Translations under genes and position numbers: made by a program
In this document: positions 21,801-35,071 of the stretch, piece by piece
How the letters are laid out: every line of letters starts with the position of its first letter
Position numbering within the stretch: the first letter of the stretch is position 1
NCBI GenBank assembly: GCA_965603825.1
Contig: CBFDEM010000003.1
Coordinates: forward strand, 496,001-560,000
Source: Blepharisma stoltei ATCC 30299
Taxonomy: Eukaryota; Protista; Ciliophora
Direction of reading: 5' to 3'
Length of the DNA: 64,000 nucleotides
The notes under the pieces: generated by a model
The model's database searches: none
Told to the model about the DNA's origin: nothing
The model's input: the letters and a program-made list of their open reading frames with translations, nothing else

Positions 21801-24800
21801 AATACAGATATATAATTGATAGAAAATACCAACCCAAAGATGTTGGAATAGGATTGAAAAAACCTCAATTGCTTTTAAAAAGATTGTTGAGAAATGAAAC
21901 TCACACTGAAAATCAAATTGCTAAGCATGGGGATAGGTGTTATATGGCTACAAAAGGAGGAAAGGGATTGGCAAGCAGAGCCAGAAAAAAATGCGGACAT
22001 TCTTCTTCTGATCTTTATGCTTATATGGATAACTTAGGAAAAACAATTAATATCAATTATACAAAGAAGCCTGCAATTGATTTCTTAAAATACGCTGCAG
22101 AATGGGTGTTTTCTCCCGTCTCAGAGCATGGGACAGTTTCTATTCCATTAAAAGACTATAAGTATCCACATATTTTATTAATCGCAACTAATGGAGACAA
22201 CACTTCTGTGAGATTAATAACAATACCTCAAGCAGAAATTCAAATGCAATCCCTTCAGCATCAATCAGTATTGGATTTAACTCAGTACTATTCAGAGCAA
22301 ATACAATGCAGACCTGCATATCCAGGAGAAATAATTACAATAAACAATTTCTCAATCTATCAAATTATTTCATCAATTTCTAAACTTTACCATCTGCAAA
22401 AAGAGCTGATAATATTGAGCAATAATAATATAGATTATGACGAATGAAGCTTTTTAGATAAGTGGCAAAATCTAAAATTAGCAAAAAAACTTGAAATTTA
22501 CGATAAATTCGTATCTCATGAACTGAATCTATTTTTATATAAAAAAGACACAAACTTTTTTGATGAGATAATTGCCCCTTTCTTGGGATGCAAAATGGAG
22601 AAAGATTTTATTGATAAATATTTATTATCAGAAAATCTTGATGAGTATATGGATATTCATAAAATCACGAATTTAAATGCTCTTGAAAAAGTTCTGCTTA
22701 TTGAGAGAAATGTTGAAAAAAATCCATTATTTGCAGAAGAGTTGGCTAGATTATTAAAAAATGAAAGTGACTCATTACCAGTTGAGTATAACGTGAGAAA
22801 GCAAAGAATCGAGCTGGCGCTGAGATTTGATTCTAATAAGGTGGATGAAAATATATCACCTGCTTCTCCATCTGGTAGCCCTAAAGAAGAAGAAGAATTT
22901 GGCAGCGCTGAAGAAGACGAAGAAAATGAAGATGAAGAAGATATACAAGAAAAAGCAAATATTATGAGTGCTAGAAGAGATATTCCAGTTTATTATAAAA
23001 ATCCTCCAGAAGTCAAAGAATTTTGCGAAACTTTTTACTATGGGATTAAAAATTTGAACAAAAATAAAGAGCTAGTCAAAAATAGTCCATTTTGGTCAGA
23101 TTTGGCATTATCAATTCTTAATAAAAAGCCATATGTTTTGAGTGAAGATGTGCTAGCAACTACAAGGACTCTTACAGAATTAATAAGTTCATTAGCATTC
23201 ACAGACCTTCCTTTAATTGAAAATCCTATTGAAACTGCAACATCTAGAAATTCAGTTTCCTTTAAATCCAATAGCAACTTTTTGATTTTCTATAAGGAAA
23301 TTGTGGCTACACCGAGTGAAAATTATGATCCAATATTGATGAGGCATAAATATTTTGATCCAGCTGATAGATATACAGAGAATGAATTTGGGAAAAAAGA
23401 TAAAATAGTCACTGAATTTATTAACTCTTGATAGGCAATTTTTTTTTTAATGAAAATATTTTTTAAAAAAAAACTTAAATAATCTTCAATCAATTGTTAC
23501 CATTTAGATTAAGCAAAAAACATATGGCTGCCAAGTAATAATTACCAATACTACAGGATGGGAAATTAATGTTGATCTTTTTACAGAAATTCCTCAAGGT
23601 AGCATCCCTATAAAACCGCCAAAGAGCTACACTAGCGAAATTTTTAATATTGAAAATTTCTATACAAAAACATATGAGTATTTATTTTATTTCCCTTATA
23701 GTGGGCAATTTACTCATTATCCAGGTAGTGCTTCATATAAGGACAAAGTTATAGCAAAATGTGAGCCATCTAATTTGCTTGTGCATGAAAAAGTTGCAAT
23801 ATCAAATTTTACAAGCTTTAAAGATTTGGCTTTGACTGGACAAAAAGATATGATTTTGGAGTTCTTGAGAGCTGAAAATTTATTCATAAAAACAAAAGAA
23901 TTCAACGTGAAAGATTTTTGCTGAATGCTGAAAGACGAAATTTTCTGGAAAAAAACTATTGAAATTCTAAAGCAGAGAAATTATTATTTTGCCGAAATTT
24001 GAAGTTTCGGGATTTTTCACAACGATATTAGCATTATTCGTGAGTTAATGAGCATGAACAAGCAGATTTCAACAGAGCTTGGGCGATTTTTTGATTCATC
24101 AATAATAACAACTGACAAAGGAGACTACATTCATTTAGAGTATGATCCATTAATAAATACAAGAGCCCATAAATTGGGGAAAAATCCAAGAATAGCCAAT
24201 ATAGAATTTAAAAATTCTTATAGAGCCTTTTTAGAATTACTATGTGAAAAAGGAAGCCTTGATATTTCAGATCAACTCTGCTTTGTCCAATATTTAGCTT
24301 ACCAAGACCGCATTTCTGAAGCTAAAGAAATTTTTGGCACAATCCCTCTCCATCCTTCAACTGAAAAGCCTGGCTCATCATATTTGCAAATCCAATATGA
24401 TTACTTTTGCTGCTATTTTGACCCTGAAATGCTGCCCATAATATCAGCTTTATATGAAAATTATCCAATAGAATCATGGAGAAAATTATTCAACGAAGCA
24501 GCCAAATTTTCAAGAGAAACTCAAGACCAAGATATTTCTATACTTGACCCTCAAGAAAAAGAGCCTACATTGATGTTTTCTATAGAAAAAGATTACATAA
24601 GTCTGCAGTACAAATGGGTTAAAGCATGCAAAATCCGATTTTATCGAGTTGATTTAGAAATCTTATTCTCAAAAAATCCATTTTTCATTGGAAATTCTCA
24701 ACATTTTAAATACGTTAAGCCATATTTTGATATAGAAATAAATTTGCAAGATGATGGAGAAGCAAAAATAAAAATTCCTGAGCTGCTTATAGGGCAAAAT

Positions 24801-25130
24801 ATTGTTATTGAAATTGATTATGGCGTGTATACAGTGTCGAAGTCTCATTTTTCTGCGAATTTAAAATTCAATTTGATTGAGAGGTATGGGATTATTAAAA
24901 TTATGAATGAAAATTTGGCACCGATAGCAGGAGCTTATATAAAAGTGTTTGTAAAGCAGAAAATCGGAGATATTAAGTTTTATAAGGATGGGTATACAGA
25001 TATAAAAGGAAAATTTGATTATGTGTCGCTAAATGTTAATAAGATATCAGAAGCTGAACGATTTGCAATTTTAGTAGTCGATGAAGAGCTTGGATCTTTG
25101 GTTTTGGAAGCAAATCCACCTCCTCAATAA
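18884..25130 (+). CDS. Large uncharacterised protein (2052 aa after removing the 88-bp insert at 23420-23507), possibly with macroglobulin-like beta domains
   Basis: The track ORFs at 18845, 19835, 21464 and 22583 share one frame, joined through TGA=W codons with no TAA/TAG between them. The frame changes only at the insert. Conserved-looking motifs: SHELNLFLYKKD, YGCQVIITN, EIPQGSIP, FYFP..G.F.HYP, LEYDPLINTRAH, FYKDGYTDIKGKFDY. Confidence 0.85.
23420..23507. mobile_element. Putative retained internal eliminated sequence (IES), 88 bp, ATTAA terminal direct repeats
   Basis: ATTAA at 23420-24 and 23508-12; about 15 of 88 bases are G/C; carries an in-frame TAG. Excision leaving one repeat restores ...EFI-KQKTYGCQV... 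and the exact downstream frame. No GT-AG intron solution removes the stop. Confidence 0.75.
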
Positions 25131-25771
25131 TAATCTAATTAGAATAATTTATATTCACTCACTTTCCAATTTAGCTCTAGTTTATAGCAGTAAGCAGCCA
25201 GCTCCAGGCTTCATATTGAAATAAGGTGCTCAAATCTCAATAGAATGATTTTGTCTTAAATTTTATTAATTTAGCCTAAAAAATTGGGCAAAATGGCAAA
25301 TGTCTGATAAAAACCTAATTTTTTGTATTAAATAAAATTATCAAATATTAAGCTGCATCGATGAAAACAAAGAGATAAAGAGAGATAAAGGCTATATAAA
25401 CTCAAAATAAATTTGAGAAAGTCATTATACTAATAGCGAGGGTCTTAGCAGAAATATTAAAGTGCATTTAAATATAACAAAAAAGAGTGAGTTGTATAAT
25501 TTTTCAACAACAAGCAAAATATCATGGTATGACCATTATATTGCTTAATTTTAAATCGAATTAATTACCTCAATTAATCTGCATAACTTTGACTAATAGA
25601 TAAAATAATAAAAACTATATATTTATTTGCTTATAAATAAATTTATATTTTGAATCATTGCCTGAAATTTAAATGTTGCTTATATCTCTGAAAATAGTCT
25701 AATATATAATTATCATTAAAAACTATTAATTTAATTCATTGCCCATGTTGTCGAATTAATATAATTTAAAG

Positions 25772-27805
25772 ATGAGAATTTATTTTTTCATTCTTTTAGG
25801 TATCGTTTTATCTCAATCTACTCTCCTAGAGTGTAGAAGTGAGTGACTGAAAATTATTCAAGCTGCTGGAGGGATTCTTGATCCTTCTCCTTCCAACTAT
25901 TCTAAAATGTTTATGTACACTGGCTTCAATGTCAATAATTTAGGTCAATATGACCCTTGTTTAGAACTAGACAGCTCTAAGTATGCAATTATCCAGTTTA
26001 ATCCATCGCCACCAATAGTGGTAGGACTATGCGGACCTAAAGAATGCTCAAAATATGACTATTTGCATATCTTCGCCAATCTTACATCATCAGATACTAA
26101 AAATGACGACATTTTCGAAAAATCTTTTGGTGACGTCATCCAGGCAACAGCCACAAGCAATATCGAGGTGATATTTCCTAAAGAGTACATAGACCATCAC
26201 TTTAAAGAATACACTGCCGGAGCAATAATTATGCTAATTATTGTTTCAATAATTATTTTGATCGCCATTATTGGAACATGAATAGACTATTGGCTCATGT
26301 CGAAAACTGAAGAGGCTAAAAAAGAATCAGGTAAGCCTCCAAAAGTAACTTTACTTATGAAATATTTCCTTTGTTTTTCTGTTATTACTAACTTAAAAAA
26401 ACTTTTTACGAGCCGCAGCCAAGAAAAGTTAGGTAAAAAGGACACACTGGAAATCTTAAATCCTGTAAGAGTTTTATCAATTGGATGGGTAGTTTTCGGG
26501 CATAATGGCATGATTTTAGTGACTTCAACAGTCTTGGTTAACGTCAATAAAATTGTTGATATTATGAAATCACCTAAAATGATTATCACAATTGCAGGTA
26601 CTTTATCAGTTGATTCTTTTTTCTGTATTTCTGGAGTCCTAATTGGCTATCTACTACTTTTAGAAATAAATAGTGGAAGAAGAATGAACTGGCCTATGCT
26701 TTATATTCACAGAGTTTTAAGGATTTGGCCTCTTATGCTTTTTGTTTTATTCTTTTTCTGGGCCTTACAAAGGCATATGGGGAATGGCCCGATGTGGTAT
26801 AATGGTGACTTATATAATTCCCAATGCAAAGATTATTGGTGGTCAAATCTTTTGTTTATAAATAATTTTATACCTGATTGGAAAGGCAGTGGCTGCTTAG
26901 GCCAAGGGTGGTATTTAGCTAATGACATGCAGTTTTACATTATAACTCCACCCATAATATATTTATATCATAGATACCACAAATGGATAGGCTGGGGAAT
27001 TTTGATGTCTTCAGTTGGATTTACTGTTATCATGTCAGGAATTGTCGCTCATCATTTTTCATTGAATACTGTCGTTTTTGCTGCAGTTAATGGGACTAAT
27101 TATATGGATTTTTACTATACAAAACCATATTGTCGAATTGGAGCCTATGCAATCGGAATTTTGGCAGGTTTTATTGTATACTCATATAGGCTTTACAAAG
27201 AAAAAGGTATCGTATATGACCCTATCTGTGTTTGGATAGGCAAAAAATTGGAAAATAAATACGTAAGATACACTATTGGGTTGATTGGGCTAGCACTTAT
27301 AAACTTTGTGATATTTATTCAATATGATACTATGAAAAATCCTGGAGGTTTTGCATTAACTTATCCTAACTGGACTCATGACGAAAATGTGGTATTTATT
27401 GCTTTTCATAGGATGATTTGAACATTTGCATTGATGTTTGTGCTTCTGCCAGGCCTTTTAGGCCATTTTTCATGGATGTCTTGGATTTTATCATTAGATA
27501 TTTGGACTCCATTTTCTAGGCTGACCTATTGTGTATTTTTACTACAGTCAAATCTGATAGAAATATTTTATAGATGCCAAAGGTCTGCATTGTGGTTTGA
27601 CGAGTTTCTTTATCTTAGAGACTCAACTTGGTTCTTTTTCTTTTGCTATTTGTGTGCGATTCCTTTTGTGGTCTTAGTGGAGATGCCTGCTCTGCAAGTG
27701 GAGAAATTGGCATTTATGTCACTAAGATCAAAACCACCGACTGATGAAAAAGCTAGGTCATTGCTGATGGTATCGATGGATAAAGAGACAAAGGAGTCAT
27801 CATAA
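25772..27805 (+). CDS. NRF-6/acyltransferase-3 family membrane O-acyltransferase, paralog 1, 677 aa
   Basis: Signal peptide; NRF-type N-domain (NLGQYDPC, GLCGPKEC); RVLSIGWVVFGH, SVDSFFCISG, YIHRVLRIWP, WYLANDMQFY, YTKPYCR, EMP. Three TGA=W codons join the pieces. Confidence 0.92.
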
Positions 27806-29149
27806 TTAAGCCTTTTTAGAAATATTTAAGTATTGAAATTAAATCCATTATTCAATAATAAAGGTTTTAAGTATTTAAATCTATGAAAATTTTTAATTTT
27901 AAGGAAAAATAAAATAATGTTATGGCATTATGTAACTTTTTAAGACTGCATATAAATAACTATATTTTTGCTCTTAACTTGAATAGAAATAATTTCAACT
28001 ATCCTATCACTATTTCAATACACTTAAGGATGAACTAATTTTGTATGAGTAAAATTAAAATTATTAAACTTATTGAAAATATTTGTAGAATTAAAACCAA
28101 AAAGTTTAAATGGCAATTTTGTATACGGCAAGACATGTCCTCAGCAAGCAGCACTAAGCTTTCCAAAACAGACTCCTGCTCCACAGCAACCAAATCAAGC
28201 AATTCATGAATCCCGCACCTTTTCTCAGTCTTTGCTCTTTCAAGTGGACACAATTCACCGCTGCAATGCGAACAAAATATTTTTGTTTAGTCACTAATGG
28301 GAGTAAGTGAAATTTAAGAGAAAAAATTTAAATGCATGAAATTTCGTTATATTCGGATAGATTTGTGAAGTGAATTGAATTGAAGAGAGACATGAAGAAA
28401 GGTTCATAGAAATAGACAACAGATTTAAACGCTTATATATGGAGTAATGAAGGTGAGAGAGGATAATGCTGAGACTCAGCGTTGCAGAAGTTAATAATAA
28501 TATAAATATTGTTGAATTGATGAAGAGTTGACAAGAGTAATTTCTTACTATAGGCATGCTATTATGATTAAAATGAGAGTCATTGCAAGGTATTAAAATA
28601 GTTAATTTTAACTTAATCACATAGCAATTGGTAGAATCTTTAATTATCTTTCCAAAATTCTTTTACACATAATTTATTGAAAATAAAAGTCTTTATTGTT
28701 GATATAATACCTAAGTTTAAAATAACTTTAAATAGGAATTATTTTATTATATCGATTTAATTATAGCACACAACTTATATTTCTAAGACTTATATTCTCA
28801 TTAGGCAAATTTTATTTTTCTTAACTTGACTTCCAAAAAATATTTTTTGCTAAGCAGTTATAATATATCAAGCCACCCCAGCATAAGAAATATTAATAAA
28901 AATACAAAAATTCCACATAGCTTTCTGAATTATTTTTCCAAAAAATAAAATTTTTTATTTGAAAAGATTGTCACTGATCTATTAAGCCAGCCTGAATTTT
29001 TTCAAGGTCATCCAAATTTAAACTTCTAAACCTTCAAAGACAATTTTTAACGGGTTTTGCTAAATATCCTTTTACATAAATCTAACTGTGGAAATAATTT
29101 TTTGCTTCCATTTTCTCTTATGCTTATTGTTGATAAAATTAAATTCAAA

Positions 29150-31180
29150 ATGAATTATCTCTACCTCCTCTTATTTACAATTGCCAGCTCTGAGCCTGTT
29201 TTAAATGAGTGCCAAACTGAGTGGGCAAAAATTATTGAATCAGGAAAAGATATACTTTCTTCAAATCGTTCAGATTATACCAAAATGTTCATGTATTCAG
29301 GATTCACCCTCAATAATCTCGGTCAGTATGACTCCTGCAATGAACTATCCCACGCAAAGTATGTTATTATGCTATTATCAGGGCAGCCTCCTTTACTAAT
29401 AGCATTATGTGGGCCTAAGGTCTGCAATGAAACTGATTACCAAAATATTTTCCCCAAATTTTTATCTAATGATTTTGATGGAGGAATAGTACCTTCTTCC
29501 TTAAAATTGCCACTAGAAGCTGCAAGCCAAGGGCCATTTATTATGTTTTCTAAAGAATTTGCAGATAAGCACTTTGATAGTTATAACGCTGGGGCTATTC
29601 TTATGATTATTTTTACTTCAATAATAATAGGAATAATTATTATAGCTACAGGTTATGAGTACTGGATCACAGAGAAAGCGTCGCTTACCAAGCAAATTGA
29701 AAAAGACTCAAAGCCTCAGCAGCTATCAAATGCAGAAAAATATTTATTATGCTTTTCGTTAATTACAAATTTGCAGAAGCTGTTTTTAAGTAGAAGTCAA
29801 GAAAAGTTTGGGAAAAAAGACACGTTGGAGGTGCTAAATGCAATGAGAGTTTTGTCGATAGGATGGGTTATACTAGGCCATACAATTGTTAATGCTATCA
29901 CAATTTCGGTTTTAGCAAATCCCAATAAACTTTTAGACTTTATTAAAACAGAAAGCATGGTTATCCCTCTCACAGGAACTTTTTCAGTCGACACATTCTT
30001 TTGGATTTCTGGATTCCTCGTCAGCTACTTATTAATAATTGAACTGAACAACTCCAAAAAAGTGAATTGGATCATGGTTTATGTCCACAGATATTTAAGA
30101 ATCGTCCCACTGTATTTATTTATCATTTTATTTTCTTGGGCACTCCAAAAGCATATGGGCAGTGGGCCAATGTGGTGGAACGAATACTGGTATAACAATG
30201 ACTGCAAAAAATGGTGGTGGACTAATATTTTATTCGTCAACAATTTAGTGCCTGATTGAAAAGGCAGCAATTGTTTAGGCCAGTCCTGGTATTTAGCTGA
30301 TGATATGCAGTTTTTTATTATAACTCCTCCAATTTTGTATTTATACCATAAATTCAATAGATATATTGGGTGGGCAATTTTGACATTTTTAATTGGGTTT
30401 TCTATCATTATTTCAGGGGTAGTTGCCCATCATTTTACTTTAAATGCTGTTGGGTTTTCATCAGAATCGTGGACGAATTATAATAATTATTACTATATAA
30501 AGCCGTATTGCCGTGTAGGGGTATATGCGCTTGGGATTATTACTGGAATTGTTGTGTATTCGTATCGCCAGTATCAAAAAGATCAAAAAGTTTATGACCC
30601 ATTAGGTTTATGGATTGGGAAAAAGTTGGAAAATAAAATTATTAGATACATTGTTGGGTTTTTGGGACTTGCACTTATCAATATTATCATATGGGTAGAA
30701 TATGACACTACGAAAAACCCAGGATCTGCAATGGAATTTCCTAATTGGACTGATGAAGAAAACCAAACTTTTATAGCTTTTAATAGGTTTGTGTATGGCC
30801 TTGGGTTAACCTTGATTCTTCTTCCTACACTTTTAGGTCACTTTACATGGATTATATGGATAATGTCATTAGAAATCTGGACTCCATTAGCAAGATTAAC
30901 GTTCTGTTGTTACTTGGTGCAGTCTAATGTTATTGATATGATTTATCATGCCCAAACTTCTGCAGTTTACTTAGACAATTTCTTGATCTTCAAAGATGCG
31001 ACATGAAATTTCATGTTCAGCTTTTTAATTGCTTGGCCTTTTGTCCTTATGATCGAAATGCCTGCACTAGCACTCGAAAAATTAATGTTTTCCTCAGTAA
31101 GAGCAAAACAACCGCCTATTCAAGATGAAGAGAAAAGTAGGTCTCTTTTGGTCATGAATGGGAAGAAATCGGAAGAATAA
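29150..31180 (+). CDS. NRF-6/acyltransferase-3 family O-acyltransferase, paralog 2, 676 aa
   Basis: Colinear with 25772..27805. TGA codons at PD-W-KG and AT-W-NF align with TGG in the paralog. TAA at 31178-31180. Confidence 0.92.
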
Positions 31181-31231
31181 AGGTAAAAGAGTATCTTTAA
31201 TAAACGATTCTTAATAACCTCTTTTTATATA

Positions 31232-31963
31232 ATGGAAAATAGTCATTATTTATATCAATCTGAGAGTCAAAAAATAAAAAAAGTGGTTATTTCAGAATCA
31301 GAATCAATTTCTCCTTACTGCGAATCCCCAATTTCTCCAAACAAGTCTTCATCAGATCTTATGCTTCTCAATGATTTGAAATATATGATAGAATTAATAC
31401 AAACGACACTTTCGCGTTCAAGTGTAATTTTTCAGCCGCCTCATTTACGGTCAAATGATATTAGAGCTACTTTAAATTCTTTGAAATACCTTACAGAAAC
31501 ACTTTGTGATGAGTTTCTTGTTTTAATTAAACGGCCACTTAAGGAATCATCTGAAGTTACAAGTCCAACTATCGCTTCGATTCCAAAAAATGATGAACTT
31601 TTATTTTATACAGAAAAGTTAAGAATTTTCCCAAATTCCCAAGATTTGATACAAAAAATCGCCAAATCTCCTCACGAAGTTTTATTATCACAACAAGACT
31701 GCGAAGATCTTACCAAAATTTTACTCACCTCAATCCGGAATTTTAAAGAGATTTCATATAAAGACAAATACAAAGAAATGGCCGAAAAAGCTATAATATA
31801 CGGTAAACTTCTATCAGACCTCCGAAAACAAGTAAGGCTTAAAGAAGAACACATAGAAATCCTTGAAGAAAACATCAGAAAAAGTACTTATTATACAGAT
31901 TGCAATAATATTGCTAATATCGTCGACTACGCCAAGCACCGTCAAAATTTAATAAATTTTTAA
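31232..31963 (+). CDS. Hypothetical protein with C-terminal coiled coil, 243 aa
   Basis: ATG-TAA ORF with coding-like composition; heptad-like LLSDLRKQVRLKEEHIEILEENIR. Confidence 0.7.
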   Translation: MENSHYLYQSESQKIKKVVISESESISPYCESPISPNKSSSDLMLLNDLKYMIELIQTTLSRSSVIFQPPHLRSNDIRATLNSLKYLTETLCDEFLVLIKRPLKESSEVTSPTIASIPKNDELLFYTEKLRIFPNSQDLIQKIAKSPHEVLLSQQDCEDLTKILLTSIRNFKEISYKDKYKEMAEKAIIYGKLLSDLRKQVRLKEEHIEILEENIRKSTYYTDCNNIANIVDYAKHRQNLINF

Positions 31964-31977
31964 AAATGTAAATATTT

Positions 31978-32967
31978 TTATAAGTTAGCTAAACTGCTTA
32001 AAAGCGGATTTTGGCTTCTGCTGGATGGACACACATTTATTTTTGGGACTTCACAGTTCAGGAATTCTGAACAAATCACATCAATTCTTTCTAAGATCAT
32101 TGGGGACAAAATGGAATTCTGATGAGAATCTATGCTTGAGGTGCTGGTCGCCGGGGTAATTGAAGGGGTCTCAAAATCGTAGTTAGGTATTCAGCTGGCA
32201 TCTGAAAAAGTCAGCTTTTTATTTTTGGGGTAATTTATTGAAGTCGCTAATGTTGTATCTTCTGCGTCTCGAGAAAAATCTCTGGAAATTGCACTATCAC
32301 GAGGATCTGACATGTAAGGAGGAGCCATTTGTAAAATGTCATCGACATAAAAGTTGTAGTCGACCAGGCTTTCATCTTGTGGAGCTGTGAGTTTTTTATA
32401 AATACAATTCAGCTCTCGATCTGTAACCTCCAGGCAGTTTCTGTTTCTTTGGGTTCACTGCATATAATTGTTGTAAAAATTGCTCATCTTCGACGACAAG
32501 TACTTTAAATAAGGAGTGACATCTGAATTTGTGTAGCTTTTCGCTGATAATGCTGAATAATACAAGACGTAGTCCAGCTTGGCTGTGTTGTCAGTTCATA
32601 CGCATTTGTCGAGAAAAATTGCCCAAACTGATATTTCGACCTCATTTAACGCTAATACTTGACAAGCGTCAAGAATCAGACGAAACAGAGTTTGGGATCT
32701 AAATTCGCATGGAATTTTTGGATTTTGAATTATCCTTCTCAAAAGCAAAGAACTTAGCTGGGATGGGCCGTTTTGGAGAAAGTCTGAGTGGAGACTTTCA
32801 TAATCTTCAAGCTGGTCTTTACTTTCTTTCGGAAGAGAATCGTCACCTCCCGTCAGCTCATACAGCTCATACGGCGGGAGATCATTTGTAAGCCCAATAC
32901 TATTGTTGAAGAATTGCGGCTTTCTTTCGTTGCTTTTGCTTTGCTGTACACTATTTTCACTATCCAT
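31978..32967 (-). CDS. Hypothetical protein, 329 aa
   Basis: ATG at 32967 (MDSENSVQ); open through three TGA codons to TAA at 31978; motif DYNFYVDDILQMAPPY. Confidence 0.8.
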
Positions 32968-34186
32968 TAAATTTATTAAGACAATCAGTTTATTAAAAAG
33001 TTTATTAATTATAGTCATCCATCTTAATTTCACGGAAGAAGCTGAGAGATAATTTATAAATTATGGAAATATTATAGGAAGTTAATGTGGAGAATAATCT
33101 CAATTCGAGTAGTCATTTAAAATTTAAATTTGTGAGTGGTTTCATATTAAAAAAAAATTATTAGAAAGTGGAATAATATTGAATTTATAATTTTCTTTGA
33201 GCTTGGCTGGTATATGGAGATTTAAATTTTTAGAAATTAAGACTTGAATCTAAATACTTAATATCGATCATTTTTATTGCATATCAAGCTGATATTGATT
33301 TAAATAATTTTTTATGAAAAAAATCATCTAAAGATTTATTTGTCAAAGATACTTTTACCTCTAAATTATTGAGCTATAAATAGCTGTAAAAATCGGGATT
33401 ATTTTGTAAGAAACTGCTTGGTGAAAATTTTGACATTTTTTGAAATTATCTTTGAAGAATTTAATCGAAAATTCAAGATCAGAATTGTTTATTCTAAACA
33501 GTTTTATAAGAAGTACTAATGCCATCAATGAGAATAAAACTAATATAAATTTAATAATAGCATTCCTTAAGCAAGAAAAATTATTTTGCATAAAAATTTA
33601 GGAATAAACAGAAAAAAATACCAAATAAGTAAAAAGGATTTAAATTAGCTAAAATCAAAAAATTGAAAGCTTATTGAACGGCAAGCTAATTTAGAAGTAA
33701 TTTGTTTAATAAAAATGAGATCAGTTATGAAATTAAAAGGTCATACTTTTTCTCAAAATGAAATGATTTGAGACAGGAATCTGCATGATTATAACAGAAG
33801 TTTTTTCCTAAAGCTTCTTTAAAAAATAAAAGCAAAGAATAGAGTAATTTAGAATATAATAAACTGATTACTTCTAAAACATAAATTTTTAGCTTTATAA
33901 GAAATTTGGATCAAAGAAATGTCTTTTAATAAGTTTAACGTCTTTGGTCTCGGTTATTACAAGATATCAACCAGATTCGCATTGAAATCATAGATTTTAT
34001 GAATGTTTGAAAAATAATTATAATCTTTGAATAGATTTGAAACATAAATATCTCATTTAGCCAAAATTATAAAATATCTAAAGCCTAATAAATGATTTAT
34101 TGATATGAAAATTTACCTATAAGGTACAAGCTAGTATATTCTTGATATGGACTAAATAAGCACTAAAAATGTATAATCAAACATAA

Positions 34187-35071
34187 ATGGAAAAGCACAA
34201 GTTTTTCCCTGAGTTTAAAGGGTTTATATCAGGGGTCATAGGGTCATGATGCGGAGTTTGTGTAGGACAGCCTTTTGATATCATAAAAGTTAGACTTCAA
34301 AACAATGGAGGCTCAGCAGTTGGTACTCTAAAATGTCTAATTACTCATGAAGGATTTTTCACGCTATGAAAAGGCTCGCTACCACCATTAATAGGCAATG
34401 GCTTAGCAAGCTCTATATCTTTTGGTATTAATGAAAACTCTAAAAGGATAATAAGCAGCTACAATAATCCTGGAGAAGTTTTATCAATTTCCCAGCATTC
34501 ACTCTGTGGGACTATTTCAGGATTTTTTCGCGCTTTTATTTCATGCCCTACAGAAAATATTCGAATCCGCATGCAAATTCAAGGAAAAATTGACCCTCGA
34601 GGAGACCCTTTATACAAAAACTCCGTAGACTGCTTTTTAACAATTTTTAAAAAATATGGGATTTTTGGGATTTATAAAGGATTTCCTATAACAATGCTGA
34701 GAGAATTAATAGGAATTACGATGTATTTTATGGGTTATCAGTATTCAGGGAGAAAATTATTTGGTGGGGATAATGCAAATACAAATGAACTGAAGATGTG
34801 GCAGATTATGATATGTGGAGGACTCGCGGGGTATGCTTATTGGGTTGTTTATCCTATTGATGTAGTGAAATCAAAACTTCAGTCTGATTCATATAAAAAT
34901 ATGAGATATAAGTCAACTATTGAGTGTGTGAAAACAATATACAAAGATATTGGAGTAAAAGGATTTTTCAGAGGCTTTTTACCAGCGATTATAAGAGCAG
35001 CTCCTGCAAATGCAGCGATTTTGACTGGATTTGAAACTATGATGTCTATTTTTGGGAGAAATTATCGATAA
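34187..35071 (+). CDS. Mitochondrial carrier (SLC25), carnitine/ornithine/YMC-like, paralog 1, 294 aa
   Basis: Three Px[DE]xx[KR]x[KR] signatures (PFDIIKVRLQ, PTENIRIRMQ, PIDVVKSKLQ); L[W]KG with TGA; RE, RAAPANA. Confidence 0.93.

Noticed and set aside
23420-23507. The 88-bp insert as a canonical spliceosomal intron
   Set aside because: It ends in TAG, but I found no GT/GC donor just upstream of the in-frame TAG stop. The only internal GT gives a 12-nt intron that leaves the stop in place.
33034-34186. ORF 33361..33591 and similar short AT-rich ORFs (42892..43074, 43139..43405, 55808..55993)
   Set aside because: Spacer-like composition or overlap with better-supported genes; no motifs.
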